The notes under the pieces: model-generated | What the model saw: only the letters and a program-made list of their open reading frames with translations | Told to the model about the DNA's origin: nothing | The model's database searches: none | Assembly: GCF_006345805.1 (NCBI RefSeq) | Contig: NC_043003.1 | Coordinates: 115,010,001 to 115,074,000, forward strand | DNA: 64,000 nucleotides | Source of the DNA: Octopus sinensis | Lineage: Eukaryota | Direction of reading: 5' to 3' | Part shown: positions 27,491 through 43,066 of the stretch, one piece after another | Position numbering within the stretch: the first letter of the stretch is position 1 | How the letters are laid out: every line of letters starts with the position of its first letter | Program-made: the position numbers and the translations under genes

Positions 27491-29274
27491 CAATGGTCCT
27501 TCAGCAACAACACACCCATATAAACTAAGTGACTACTACTAAATTCAGGTCACAACGTACAGAGAGGATGTTCTAGAAACCGAAGATTTTAAACTTACGG
27601 AGACACTATTTACATATCACCTGAGAAAGCACAACGAGATCTCATAATGCGGGGAAATAGTTACATTATCAAATACCTGCACACCTGAGAACTATGTTGC
27701 GTGGAAACAATTGTAGTGATTAAAATAAATGTGCAAACGTACCCCTTTTTGTATCAGTGGTCGATTTGGTTAAGTGTTGTGTGCGGGTGTGGGTTCGATC
27801 TCAGCTAATTTCTGTTCACGTTCTCAACTTTTCTAGCTGTAATATTAGACAAAATCTCGGTGATGTTTGTATCGTCGATTCATCTTGTGGTAAGTTCGTG
27901 AATAAACTCTTCCTCACTAAGATTAAATTAAATTCAAGCTAACCTGCCAAAGTTTCTATGTATTTTTTAATGCTAGGTAGGTGGTAGGATTTGTATGTCG
28001 TCGACGTTGCAAGGTAGATTATTATTCATCAATTATAGTTTTCTGCAAAAATTTAGAATTGCCTGTGGTAATGTTGTATTGAGTCTGCTTCCAGCTGGTT
28101 GAAGTGGACCATTTGGTTGTGAAATGTCGTCTGATGTACGATGGAACGATAATGTAAATTCTAGTTACCACAGCATGGTGTCTGACACCATCTTAGCTTC
28201 GAACCAGAAAATACCAAGCACAACATTAATCCAAATATTCCCTCAAGTATAAATTCATTTGTTCATTCATGCATTCAATCATTCCTATATTCATATATTG
28301 TAGAATTCGTTCATTTATACAGCCATTCAGCCACATATTTATAGATCTACTTATTCATTCCTTGATTCTTTGATACATTCACGCCTCAATGTATTCGTAT
28401 CTTCATTCCTTTATTTCTCCGTATATGTTCACGAACATATAGAGATAGATACAGATGTTTAATTCACTCTTTGTGAAGATGTAACCCAACAACATGCATG
28501 GTAGATGAATAGGAGACCCGTCAATATAAATGAAGTTGTTTCTGGTCAACTAACATAAATAGTCTATTCCTGAGGGCTGTTAGTGTGCCACCTGGTTTGT
28601 GGGGAGATGCCACTGGTGACATTTTATAACAAGACAAAAGCACTCATAAGGATATTGACAGATACGAACAAAGCATTTCATATTCATCGTTCCTCTGTAC
28701 ATTTTCAAACATTTACTGTCATATTTCAGTACTGAGAATGAGGAATCTGGTAAAACGATTCACCGGTGCAAGAACATGTAAAAATGTGCCAAGATTTCCG
28801 GAGTCCGTACTTGAATCGAAACTCCGTTTTGACTGGGGACATAATTATTTTCTCTGTGACTGGAGAATATGAACCACTTCTTACCCCATTACACGATAAA
28901 AGAGTAACATCAAGTAACATCAGGTAATATGGAACAACCAAACCATAAATCTCCTGTTATCCTTTACTTGCATATGCAGTAAACCATATCCAATAATACT
29001 GTTTGGATTATTTAGAAAATACAAAATGAAATGTGAAAAATTATAATTTGTAATTTTATATACCAATTAAAAGAAATAGTTAGTTGCGTCATTTTTACAT
29101 TTTACAGCAAACCATTTTTTATATTTCTAACCGACTTTGTTCTCTCTTTCATCTACACTTAGCACCTGATGTAGCCAATTATTTGTACCTAACGAAACAG
29201 TATTCAATTTTATAACGCATCACAACTTTCTTATATGAATTTTATACGCTTTCTAAAACATAACCGATTAAATA

Positions 29275-29663
<389 letters not shown>

Positions 29664-29731
29664 CCGTGGGTGTAGTGGTTAAGAGCGCGGGCTACTAACG
29701 CCAAGATTCCGAGTTCGATTCTAGGCAGTGA

Positions 29732-29765
<34 letters not shown>
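29664..29765 (+). mobile_element. Inverted (head-to-head) partial copy of the same SINE head plus (AAT)n
   Basis: 29672-29734 is the reverse complement of 29592-29654 with few mismatches. Confidence 0.85.
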
Positions 29766-29769
<4 letters not shown>

Positions 29770-30322
29770 GCCCTGATGCAGTACAAGGCAGTGCCTCTCA
29801 TGGCTTCTGATCTTAATTGATTGGAAGTGTTATCATGTACATTGTTTTGTCTTGGTATGAAATATGGGCTACAGCAAATATTCTGCTCAATACCACAGAT
29901 ATGCTTGTCAGTTGTTTGACCATAACCAGTTGAGCATGTCCCTTAGTGGCTGACGATATGTGCATCTCTGATCACGAGCAGAAGTAGTGGGGGAGCATCA
30001 TAGCCATGTGTTGAGAGGGGTTCTTTGGGGTTTGAATAATTCACCTCTGGAAACATGGGTGGTTCTTTCAATATCCTTAAACAACCCTTATTCAGGGGCC
30101 TTTTGAGCGGGATGGGCTACTTAAACTGAAGAAAAAATTCTAACTGGGCCCCACCTGCAAGGTCATGTGCTGTTTATCGTGATATGAGATCACCATGTCG
30201 CACACATTTGGTTGTGATGCAAGTGCCTGGTGTACCCTTGTCAGACGAGTAGTCATGATGGGTATATTGGGCTTCGTATATTTTACCCCAGTGTCACTTT
30301 GATGGCATGCACTGCTCTCTCA

Positions 30323-30326
<4 letters not shown>
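29766..30326. other. ~560-bp non-microsatellite insert bounded by (AAT)n on both sides; probable interspersed repeat
   Basis: Sharp boundaries inside (AAT)n; no ORF recognised; single copy in the window. Confidence 0.3.
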
Positions 30327-30379
<53 letters not shown>

Positions 30380-30444
30380 GATGATGATGATGATGATAAT
30401 AATAATAATAATAATAATAATGATGATAATGATGATGATGATGG

Positions 30445-30493
<49 letters not shown>

Positions 30494-30945
30494 CATGATC
30501 ATGATCATGATTTCATTTATTTGCCCCGAGGGCAAAGAATGCGGGTGAGAATACAAAGACTGTGGAGTTTTACGTGTAAGGAGATGATATCGTAAACAAT
30601 AGAACAAACAAGCAAAGCGTACATAGTATACATCAACTAAAAGTAACAAAATAATAATAATATTAATAATAATAACAATAGACACCATCATCATCAGTAT
30701 TTTCATCAAAATTTCTCTTAGTATTTTTTCCCTGCCTTCAGTTTCTTCATTACTTTTCTCTTTTCTTTCTTTCTTCTTCTTCTTCTTCTTCTTCTTCTTC
30801 TTCTTCTTCTTCTTCTTCTTCTTCTTCTTCTTCTTCTTCTTCTTCTTCTTCTTCTTCTTCTTCTTCTTCTTCTCGCAGCTTCACCAGCAACAGTACCAGC
30901 ACCACCAAACAACAACAACAGCAACAACAAAAAACAACGACGCCG

Positions 30946-30986
<41 letters not shown>

Positions 30987-31040
30987 GATGCTGCTGATGC
31001 TACTACTACTTCTACTACTACTGCTACTACTACTACTCTC
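30326..31040. repeat. Triplet microsatellites (AAT)n, (GAT)n, (TTC)n, (CTA)n
   Basis: Direct reading. Confidence 0.95.
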
Positions 31041-31611
31041 ATTGTCATCCATGTTGTTTATTTAATTGCTTCCGCTTCATTTCCATCCTTAATTCTTCAG
31101 CTCATTGGGATGGTCGTCACGACTCAGTAATGTTTTGCTCCACTGAACCGTAACAACAACACATTATCGAGCAATGGCAAGGGACCCTCAAATTCAATAG
31201 TCGGCCTACTAGAAATAGTTGTCATGTCGCCCTCAAATCACAGTACACACTTACATTGACGGCGAATGACGCATTTAATGCAGGACTTCAAAATGAAGTG
31301 TGCCTCAGCCGAACGCATGGCTCTCACGACTCGAAAGACTTGTCTATGGATGTTTTCCGAAGAGATAACCTGTGGGCAAAACAACAACAATAACAATAAC
31401 GGCAACAACAACAAACGAAACAGAAATAGGGAAACGGTGTGTAAGGTTTCCCTTAGAACCTCTCTTCTCACAACCTGCTCAGTTACATCGCAAATTTCAT
31501 AATGGAAATACAAAACGGAAACTGATGAAGAAAGCAAAGCCCTGTCTCATATGTATCAGCTTAAAATAATCACAAACAGCATCCCTGCTACCAAACAGTG
31601 AAACACACTCG

Positions 31612-31650
<39 letters not shown>

Positions 31651-32628
31651 ATATTGTCTCTCCTCCACTCTCTCTCACACACATGTCTACACACAACTAT
31701 AGTTAAATTTTAGTTTATATTTGAACTATATTTTTTTTCTTGAAATTCATATTTTTCCTCCTCCTCCTCCACCATTTCTTCAAATTCTTCTTTATCTTTT
31801 TTTATTTTCTTCTTTTTCATTTTCTATCCCACACATGTATGTACGCGTGTGTACATTAATTTCTGATAAACATGCGTTGTCGAACCACAAAATGTGTCGT
31901 TCAGTCGGACGCGCTTACTATGTAACTAAGTGCGAAAGAAATGCGAATGCAGCGTCATTTATGACGTCGGAAATTAGTTCTTCTTTCTCTTTCACCAGGG
32001 AATTCTTTTAAGCTATGGAAGAAGAAATTAGGGAACCTGTTGTCTCGATGAAATCAAGTCTCTTTTACATTGAAGCTGTGATAAAGCGCGGGCTTATTCA
32101 GCGAAAGGGGAATTCCAAGTCTGTAGAAAGAAACGTTTTAGATGAACACATTTTACCTGCAGTTTAGAAAGGTCCCTAAATCGGATGTGTTTTAAAGATT
32201 CTTGCCCTATCAAGCTCCTTAGAATATCACTAAAGCTGGAACCCATGTAAGGGGCATAATTCTGTCCTGACTTCAGCACGCACAATTATTTTTTGCTTAC
32301 AAAACCAACTGACCTTTAAGTATTTCTTCCTCCAGTTGTAGAGAGCTTACACGCCTTTAACCATCTGAATCTGACGAGTCGCCTACAATACTAATCGTCT
32401 TATAGGTGCAAAACCATCGGTCACTCTATGACCGGCCATACCTTTCAACTTTCTAAAACTGTACACACACACATATCTATACACACCCATATCTATACAT
32501 ATATACATATCTATATCTATATCTATCTATCTGTCTATCTATCTATTTCTCTCTCTCTCTCTCCCTATATATATATACACACACACTCAAACACACGCAC
32601 ACACACACGCACACACACACACACACAT

Positions 32629-32660
<32 letters not shown>

Positions 32661-34256
32661 GTAATTTTCCTTTCAGTCGTACCCATACTTTCGTCTCTGT
32701 CTGGTTCTAAAGCTTTATTCTGTTTATTTATTTTGTCTTTTCCCCTCATCCATCGACCTATGGCCTCGTCTTCAATCACATTTATTCATATTCGTATGTC
32801 AACTTCTGTGTGGCTTGTTTTTTTTATTCATTGTTTGTTCCTTCTCGTCCTGTTAAGATTCTAGTCCCGTTTCTCCGCCGCTTCTTAAGCTGATATCACC
32901 AGAAGGAAAGTATCATTATCGTCAATGGTGCGAAATTGCGTTCGACCTTCTGGCCGATAACAGATGAAGAGTTGGTGGCTTTCTACGTCTGTCTTGCATT
33001 CGTTTGTGCATGTATTATATGCCCCTCAACTACAAACACACACACACACACACGCCCACACGCACACATACACACAAACACACACACATACATATATCTG
33101 CATATATGCATATGTGTAAGTGTTTTGCTGTTATCTTTCCTTTATTTTTAAATGCATTGATAGTTTAGATTGGTAATTTCGAGCTTGCCTAGCATCCTTA
33201 ACTCTACAAACTGTGATGACTGCATTACAAATATATTTTGTAGCTGAATTTTCGTTATACACCGCATCATATTTCATTCTGCACTATATAAGGCTTATTG
33301 GAATAAAAAGTAATTTTAAATGTTTCGATAACAAAGCCAAAACTCTTTTTTTGATGATTAGACCCAGCGTTTGTTCTATGTGTTGTAAAAGGCAACCGTA
33401 AGAGGATGAGGTAGGATTAATTAATGACAATAACAGTATAAGTTATTAAGTAAATAATTACTATGTTACTGACCACATAATTATGTGTAGTTGGATTATT
33501 ACTTTAGAGCATATGAATACAGGTAAAAACGATCTTTACATTGCCCGTGGGATTGCCTCCTACACATCTTCTCGATCTGTGGTCTGAGAGCACGTGACAA
33601 CCAACGCTAATAGCAACCATGGGACAGTAGTGAAAATTCTGTGTTCATCCTGACTGAAGTAATATTAAAAGATCCAGCTAATCTACTGCCTAAAAACACA
33701 AGGATGGGGAAAAGAAGTGGTGATGTGCACAGCTGGAACGCCTGTAAATATAGGTATTCTAAATGAGGGCTCGTGTGGTTTTACACAATAAGGAGATTAC
33801 GAAATAACTTCCAGGTACAAACGTATAGCTTATCCTTCCCTTAGAGGGAGGTGAACCAGATACGTATCAAGCATAGACTAAACTTGATAAAATTAACAAC
33901 ATAGATATTTTAAAAATTTGTAGTTTGAAAACAATGTGAGGAATTCCATAATTGCTCGATTATTTTTTATTCTCTCGTAGTCTTATTTTTTTTTTTTTTA
34001 CGAATACTACACTTTTTCTTTCTGGAAGTTTTCATTTTGTAAATGTAAGAAAAAGAAGCTGAAAAAATGTTCCATCTGATGACAGAGTAGCAGAGATTTG
34101 GAATTAATGCCTGGCAGTGTGTTGCTAAGCCGAGTTTAGCATTCCACTGAGCCGCAGAAATAAGTAGCAATTAACTCGAACGTATGCTTCCCTAAAAATA
34201 TGTCGTCTTGTTCCAACGAATGAAGTAACACTTATCATTCTTCTGCTGTTGCTAAC

Positions 34257-34338
<82 letters not shown>

Positions 34339-34505
34339 TAATAATAATAATAACAATAATAGATATTATTCTTGTTGTTGTTGTTGTTGCTACAGTTTTC
34401 ATTAATATTAGACGTAGCAGAATTGGCATTGTCCGTACATTTTCTAGAATCAAAATGGTACACACTAGACCGCTCGATTTTGTTCAGTGCATGCGTGAGT
34501 ACATA

Positions 34506-34548
<43 letters not shown>

Positions 34549-35421
34549 ACAGAGAGAGAGAGAGAGAGAAACAGAGAGAGAGATACACACAATCACGTAC
34601 GCACATATATGGAGAGAGAAGCAGATAGACAGAACCAAAGATAGATATATATATATATACAACGCCATGAAAACAACAATAGGAAGGATAATAAATATGT
34701 ATTCTGCAATTATGCTTCTACACAGTGGCATGACTACATTCATTGTAAAGGAAATTGCAGCCCCCAGTGAGGAGGTCTTCTTGCATCGTTGCATAATATA
34801 TCATTGCACCAATCAGTGGATGCTTGAAAAATTCCATTTCGTGATTGCAGTTTACAGAAGTCAAGGAAATGGAAACAAATGCTTGGTTTTTTTCCCCTTT
34901 GTTTGCCGTGAACATGGGTCCTGGAGTCCTAGAAACATATATGATACGATATGTTACAAATGTATATTCAAATATCCGATACAGACTTATTAAAGTTAAT
35001 GAAAGGGACAAGCACGTACGGAGCCACATAACCACATCGGACATTATAATTGAACAAGACCCGACCCATACGAAAGCTTCTATCTCTCCCTCTACCTATC
35101 ATTCTTATTCCTCCCTTTCTGTCTTTCTATACACACACATACACAAAAACATACAGACAGAGAGACAGATACACATGTATAGTGTATATCTTATGCATAG
35201 CAGCTTTCGTTGCACACATTTTCAAACACGTGCGGTAGCTTAATGTGTAGAAATGAAGTAGGTTGTAGTAATTGTCTGTACATAATACGTACGCCTATAT
35301 ATATATATACATACGCCTATATATATATATATCATAATGTGAATAATATATAAGTATATGCATATATACATACAGATATGTACATACCTACATATATATG
35401 TATATATATATGTATATATAA

Positions 35422-35652
35422 GGCGGCGAGCTGGCAGAAACGTTAGCATGCCGGGCGAAATGCGTGGCCGTTTTTCGTCTGCTGTTACGTTCTGAGTTCA
35501 AATTCCGCCGAGGTCGACTTTGCCTTTCATCCTTTCGGGGTCGATAAATTAAGTACCAGTTGCGCACTGGGGTCGATGTAATCGACTTAATCGCTTTGTC
35601 TGACCTTGTTTGTCCCCTCTGTGTTTAGCCCCTTGTGGGTAGTAAAGAAATA
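35422..35652 (+). mobile_element. SINE family C, full length; a partial minus-strand copy lies at 35810-35962
   Basis: ggcggcgagctggcagaaacgttagc...gagttcaaattcc...catcctttcggggtcgataaattaagtaccag. Confidence 0.88.
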
Positions 35653-35718
35653 TATATGTATATATACATGCATATATGGGTACAGGACATCAAGGAAACG
35701 TGAAAAAAGAGAAACGAG

Positions 35719-35760
<42 letters not shown>

Positions 35761-36002
35761 TACATACATGCATAGACGTCAACGTCAAATTTTGTCAAAA
35801 CCAGCAAGTTAGTGGGAGAGGGTAATTGCGACCCCAGTGATCAACTGGGACTCCTTTTGTCGACACCGAAAGAACGAAAGACAAAATGGAGATTGGAACC
35901 GAGAACGTAAGGACGGACGAAACAGTGCAAAGCATTTTGCTCGACATGTTAAGTGCGCCAGCTCAATGGCATATGTGTATATACAAACTTATCTATATAT
36001 GC

Positions 36003-36089
<87 letters not shown>

Positions 36090-36329
36090 TGTGTGTGTGT
36101 GTGTATGTATATATATATAGAGAGATATGAGAGGTATTGGTATCCAGAAGATAGGTGGTAGGTAACGCAATGTAAGTGCTATGGATGGACCATAGTTAAA
36201 CTCTCATTTCCATAATGAAAGGAGTGAGGAGTCTACTGCGGGTCGTTTATGAGTATGTATATGTGAAATAAATCGAGACAAGAGAGCCAACTCTGTGGAA
36301 TTTTCAGGTCATGTATAAAGAGAAAGTTA

Positions 36330-36377
36330 GTCTTACAGCTGTTTCTCGGATATTAGGGATATCCTTTCATCAGAGAC
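36330..36377 (-). ncRNA. Type I hammerhead motif in a probable PLE 3' remnant (about 36200-36620)
   Basis: GTCT-CTGATGA-AA-GGATAT cccta ATATCC-GA-GAAAC-AGCT-GTA-AGAC; palindrome CAGCTG; two mismatches at the base of stem II. Confidence 0.65.
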
Positions 36378-36707
36378 GAAGTGAGATGTTTAATTAGAGG
36401 GAAATATTAGAGTTCGATATGAAGGGCGCTTTTGAAAAAGGGAGCAAATGAGGAGTGTGTAGGGAAATAGGAGAATGAATGTAGAAATAGGAATAAAAAT
36501 GTGTAAAGTTGTTATAGTTGCAGTTCCATTATCCAAGGAAAGTTGTGTGTAGAAGAGTTAGAAATACGTTCTGTCCGTGGTATGTAAATTCCAAAGACCA
36601 CTTGGAATGAACAACACATGGTATGTACGAATCCACATTCTCCATTTGTGATGACAAAAGATTATTTCCATTATTTCCTATTGGAATTGACATACCACAG
36701 ACATATG

Positions 36708-36738
<31 letters not shown>

Positions 36739-37010
36739 GAAGGCGGTGCTCCAGCATTGCCGCAGTCAAATGACTGAAACAAATAAAAGAACAACAAGAA
36801 ATAAATACATACATAAACAAACACACACACACACACCACACTATTATATATATACTGATATATATATATATAGTATATGCATATATATACATATATTAAG
36901 GAATGGCCTTAATAGGCCATTCAACTCACTAAAACGAGCAGCTAAACTCAAACCGCTAAATAGTGGTAATTCAGAAATCAAAGGAAAATTAAAAACATTT
37001 ACCCGAATCA

Positions 37011-37118
37011 TCTTTGGACTATGCATAGTTTCGACGTACTTTTTGGCAAACCAGCCTAATTAAATTAAATTAAAATTAATCAAGTCAATTTACCGCTGGC
37101 CCGTCTCATCGGCAAAGA
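37011..37118 (-). ncRNA. Type I hammerhead with U4C core and a 12-nt palindromic stem III
   Basis: TCTTTG-CCGATGA-GAC...GTC-GAA-ACTATGCATAGT-C-CAAAGA; GTC triplet; long AT-rich loop II; lies next to (AT)n. Confidence 0.75.
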
Positions 37119-37142
37119 AGCCAGGAAAAACAAATATTCCAC

Positions 37143-37196
<54 letters not shown>

Positions 37197-38147
37197 TGTG
37201 TGTGTGTGTGTGTGTGTGTGTACATACACACACAAATATAAGAACACGATGCCCAGAACAAAAACAAGAAAATAATGCAAATTGGCCACGCAACAATTTG
37301 CATTATTAAAGAGAAATCCAAGTGAGACAAACATCCCAAAAATACCACCAAAGATTAACATCGCATGATTCATTGTTCTATTTACGTGAATTCCCGACTA
37401 AACGAGGCTGTGTTTTCCAAAATGGAGGTAAACATCTTCCATGTGACTGGCTTGAAGAATTGCTAAGACACTAGGAGTCTTTCCTAGTTTTCTTGTCACG
37501 AAACCAACAGTAGACTTAATTTACAAATAAAGAAATTATATCCACCAAGGCCGTGTTGCGCCCTCATTTTCAGTTTTGGACATTTACGTATATATATGCA
37601 TATATAAATTATACACACACACATACTTATATATGTATATGCGTGAAGAAACATGATTTCGTGGTTAGAGGTCTTCAGCTCTCGATTGTAGGGTTGTGAG
37701 CTCGATTCGTAGCGGCGCATTGTGTCTCTTGAGCAAGACAATTTATTCCAAGTTGCTGCAGTCCACACACCTGATAAAAGTGAATAGTACCTCTTTTTTC
37801 AAAGGACCAGCTTTGTCTAATTCTGTGTCACACGCGTGTCTGTGGAGTGTTGAGCCACTTGCATGAAAATTTGATTAAGTGGAATGCTCGAAGTGGTAAC
37901 CGACGGAGTGCCAGTTATTTATATATTTATGTACATAACTAGGTGTATGGGGGAACGTATTCATACGTGCGTATAAGTATACACACATACATGCACACAC
38001 ACATACACACACATATAATGTTAATATGGAAGTAAGCAAAGAGATGGTGAGATAAATATGTAGATATATTTTCACAACGGATACGCTTCAGGTCAAAGGA
38101 TAAAAGAAAGTGAGATCGAATGAAAAAAAAATACAAATCACAATAAT

Positions 38148-38201
<54 letters not shown>

Positions 38202-38544
38202 CATACAAACACACACACGCACACGCACACACACAAGAAAAAAAAAAACAGCGCAACATATGAAATTAAAAATATTTTGCACATTGAAATATATCATCAA
38301 AGACATGATGTTTGTTTGAGGGACGTCTTTCAGTATCTGAAACCTTTATTGATAGACTGACTTGGGAGTAAACAAGGATGTTTTTACGTTTGGTTTTTTT
38401 TTTGGTTTTTTTTTATGTCAGAAGGCTGGATTAGATTAGTTGGAGCTTGAAATAGAAGGAGAAAGGCAAGAATGAGAATAGCGAAAAGAAAGGAAAATCG
38501 AGTAGGAAATGTGAAGGAGTTTATTGGTAGAGAGAGAATATGGC

Positions 38545-38604
38545 GTGGTAGGAAAAAATAATAAAATAGTGAAATATAGCGAAGAGGAGGGGAAAATAGG
38601 TTGC

Positions 38605-38637
<33 letters not shown>

Positions 38638-38644
38638 GGTGGTG

Positions 38645-38729
<85 letters not shown>

Positions 38730-39462
38730 CACTACTCTCACAAGTAAAGCTGCGAGAGTAATGGGAATGATAATGTTACTGATTTGAATGATGACGACGA
38801 CGATGACGACGACGCTGATGATGATGGTGATGATGGCAATGATGATGATGATGACGACGATAATGATGATGATGATGGTGATGATCACGACGACGATGAG
38901 GACAACGATGAGGACGACGATAATGATGATGTCGATGATGATGATGATGACGACAATGAAAATGACGATGATGAAGATGATGATGATGATGGTGGTGGTA
39001 AATTTTGGCGGTGTGGCAGATTAGGATGATTATTATTATCACCATCTACCCCGTCGTCCTTGTGATCGTCCTATGAGGGATGGTGATTGTGACGATGAAG
39101 AGGAACGAGAGGTTGCATAATCGAGATAAATACAAGGTTTGGAAGAGGGAAAGAAGAAACAAAAAAAACGTCGGGCAGTCGCAAAGGAATTTAAAATGAA
39201 GAGTATTTAAAAGACAGATGTGAAGAATTTGGGGGATGAATGGGAATTTGATAGGAAATGATAACGCGGAGGATAGATGGAGCAAAAAAGCATAATTAGC
39301 TTTATGATGGAGGCAGGAAAAGAATTTCAGGTTTGGATAGTTTAAGAGAATAGAGAAGACGGAAATTTGAAGGTAAATGGAGAATGGGAAGAAGAAGAAA
39401 AAAGGAAAAAAAGAGGGGGAAGAAGAAAAAGAGGCAAAATTGATGGTAGTAGCAGCAGCAGC

Positions 39463-39503
<41 letters not shown>

Positions 39504-39761
39504 CAGCAGCAGTAGTTTTAGTAGTAGTAATAGTAGTAGTAGTAGTAGTAGTAGTGCAGCAGCAGTAGCAGCAGCAGTAACAGTAGTATTAGCAGTAGTA
39601 GTAGTAGTAGTAGTAGCAGCAGTAGCCGCAGTAGTAGTAGTAGTAGTAGCAGCAGCAGTAGTAGTAATAGTAGTAGTAGTGGTGGTAGTAGTAGTAGTAG
39701 TAGTGGTGGTGGTGGTGGTAGTAGTAGTATTAGTAGTGGTGTGGTGTGTGGTGGTGGTGGT

Positions 39762-39795
<34 letters not shown>

Positions 39796-39812
39796 GTAGT
39801 AGTAGTAGTAGT

Positions 39813-39860
<48 letters not shown>
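38545..39860. repeat. Compound triplet arrays (AGT/GGT/GAT/GAC/AGC) in a purine-rich segment
   Basis: Direct reading. Confidence 0.9.
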
Positions 39861-39861
<1 letters not shown>

Positions 39862-40130
39862 AGTTGCTGTTTTGTTTTAGTAATGGAGTTGACAAGTAGA
39901 AGAAAGAAGGAAATAGATAAATAAAGCGACGACCAACGGTGACGACAGCCAACACCAACAATGGTGGAAATAGCAGCAAGAACATGAGCAGAGAGAGAAG
40001 GATGGTAAGAAGCTGAGAGGCAGTGGACAAGTGAAAGAGTGAGAGAAGACTGAGAGAGGGGAAGGAAATTGTCAGAGTTGTTAACAGCTGAATGCAGAAG
40101 TGTTTCTTTGACTCGTAGAGCACCAGTCCA

Positions 40131-40627
<497 letters not shown>

Positions 40628-40654
40628 TGTTTATCAAGGTAGTATTAAACTGTA

Positions 40655-41160
40655 TAAAAAAATACAATCTGGGACAAGAACGTAAAACATTTAAAAGACG
40701 ATACAAAAAACACGGACGGGACATTCGAAACCTTCAATCTTCAGTCAAGAACCGGATCATCCTCGCAATTTCGGCTGAATAATCTTGAGATTGCTCCAAT
40801 CTGTAAATGGCGGGCTTTTCGAATTGCATTTCAGTAATACGTTGTAACCGAAATGCAATTCGAAAAAGCCCGCCATTTACATAGATGTATAAGGGGTGAA
40901 CAGTTCTATATGCTACGGTGGATGCGATGGTTGTTCGTCTGGTATGTTGATTTTGTTCATTCATTATATATCTTGAATCGCTGTACTGACGAGTAAGGGA
41001 CGCACACAATGCGTTGATTACGAAATCACTGGTGATATGCGGCTGAATTCTGTTTTTAAATGACTTGCTTCGAGACTTGCATTCGGTACGATATGTTTAT
41101 TTGGTAGTTTTGACTTTAAGAGTCCCTCCTAGCGTGCGGCATTTATGTGTAATAATGCCC
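40655..41160 (+). mobile_element. PLE remnant: GIY-YIG fragment, 32-bp-arm hairpin (40802-40881), HHR, then (AT)n
   Basis: KYNLGQERKTFKRRYKKHGRDIRN resembles YIGQT.R.FK.RY.EH.RDI.N; hairpin tgtaaatggcgggc...gcccgccatttaca. Confidence 0.65.
40980..41043 (+). ncRNA. Type I hammerhead with fully canonical core
   Basis: GCTGTA-CTGACGA-GTAA(gggACGCAcacaaTGCGTtga)TTAC-GAAA-TCAC tg GTGA-T-A-TGCGGC; ATA triplet; 6-bp stem I. Confidence 0.82.
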
Positions 41161-41240
<80 letters not shown>

Positions 41241-41540
41241 TATATATAAATAAAAAGTTTTGATGTTAGCATTATATTTTATAATTTTAGGTTGGTTATC
41301 TCCTTTATGAATTTCAGAGATGGTTCGCAAAGACGCTCAATTCTTCCGAATTATCTTCAGATTTCTTCCAAATCACGAAATAATCTTTACGATCTCTTCT
41401 CCACGTATCTTCTAAAGTCACAGATATATGTTTCCTCTACACATTGGTACAGGCGAAAGCATCCGTTTCACAGAAAACAGAAGAGCATGCGAACCTGTCA
41501 AGCAGTTATATGACGTAGGTGATGCAAGGGTTCACCATTG

Positions 41541-41837
41541 CATCAGGGCCTAGTAGTTAGAGCAGCGGACTCGCGGTCGAGGGATCGCGGGTTGGAATCT
41601 CAGACTGGGTGATGTGTGTGTTTATAAGCGAAACACCTAAACTTCACGCGGCTCCGGCAGAAAAATAAGGAACTTCTGCTGACTCTTTCGCCACAACTTT
41701 CTCTCATTTCCTCCTACATCTTGCAGCTCGCCTGCAACGGACAGGCGTCCCGTCCAGGGTGGAGGAACCTATACGCCAAGGAAACCTGGAAACCGGCCCT
41801 ATGAGCCAGGCATGGCTCGTGAAGGAGCAAACAACAA
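41541..41837 (+). mobile_element. SINE family A head with tail type 3
   Basis: gcagcggactcgcggtcgagggatcgcggg head; tail cgtcccgtccagggtgg...gaaaccggccctatgagcc. Confidence 0.75.
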
Positions 41838-42378
41838 AAGGGTTCCCCATCTCTGCTCGACTTTGCCGAGATAGAGACAATAAAACTACGATAGGTAGCT
41901 ATAAACCTCTGCGTTTCAATGTCCCAGTTTACGGATGATTTAAAAGACTGAATGGACTGGTACCACATAAAACTGACCAAGCACATGATCAATCCCGGTG
42001 CGTCGATGACTGCTGGATTTACTGTTTTGAGCACACCGTCGGTTATAATGTGTACAATACCTGTATCACTGCTAACATTACCAACAACGGGGAAAATAAA
42101 AACAACACATGTACACATACATACACATAAGTTCCAAGCACACGTATGTATAAAACACAGAGACATATTATTACCGACTGACACGTACACCACTTCCTTT
42201 GGAAAACTGATCTTCATTCAAAAGTGATAAAACAAATGAGAAAGAAGGGTGTAAAATGCAATGAGCGAAAGAAAAAATAAGTGGAGAATAAGGAGACGGC
42301 GATAGAAAAGCGTGTCTCACGAGAGTGTAAACAATACAATGTTAACAATATATGTGCGTGCGCATGCATGTATATCAA

Positions 42379-42515
<137 letters not shown>

Positions 42516-43066
42516 CTTAGGTGTGTGTGGTATTTTATCTATATTATATACTTATGTGTGTGTGTGTATTTTACATGCACACACATATATGAACGTTCAC
42601 ATGTTTACACACGTGTATGTGTGTAGAGTATTTTAGACGTAATTTCGCGTCAGGTATCAAGTACAGTGTTCTGTAAGGAGGGCAAAGAACCAAATATAAC
42701 ATATAAGCATCGAGTTTGATGGTGTCATTCAAATTGATTTGACGCCATTCCAGTCAAGTAAAATTGTCAATTCGCCAAATACGTTGGCCAAATCCTGCTT
42801 TTCATTACAGAATCTAGCAACGTCATTTTAAAAATTTAATGGGAACTGAAAGGCAACTTTAAACTATCATCTACCATATGGCAGAGGATTCTTAGTGCTA
42901 CACTTCACTTAAATGCTTCACCATATGAAGTGGGTTATTGTTGAAGGGGCACCAAACCTGAAATTTAAAAAAAAAATCTCAATTATAACAATAATGTTTA
43001 TTTTTTGTTTTATTTCGTTTTCTTTTCTGAGAATACTCATTTTTTTCTTGTGATATTTATCTTTTT

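Noticed and set aside
28729-28923. Coding exon between a good acceptor and donor
   Set aside because: All three plus frames contain stops.
31999-32250. Exon with a 50-aa ORF (MEEEIREP...)
   Set aside because: Strong acceptor, but the ORF is short, terminates internally and has no recognisable motif.
38784-39029. Poly-Asp ORF resembling acidic biomineralisation proteins
   Set aside because: Part of a larger mixed GAT/GAC/AGT array with no signal peptide, splice support or non-repetitive domain.
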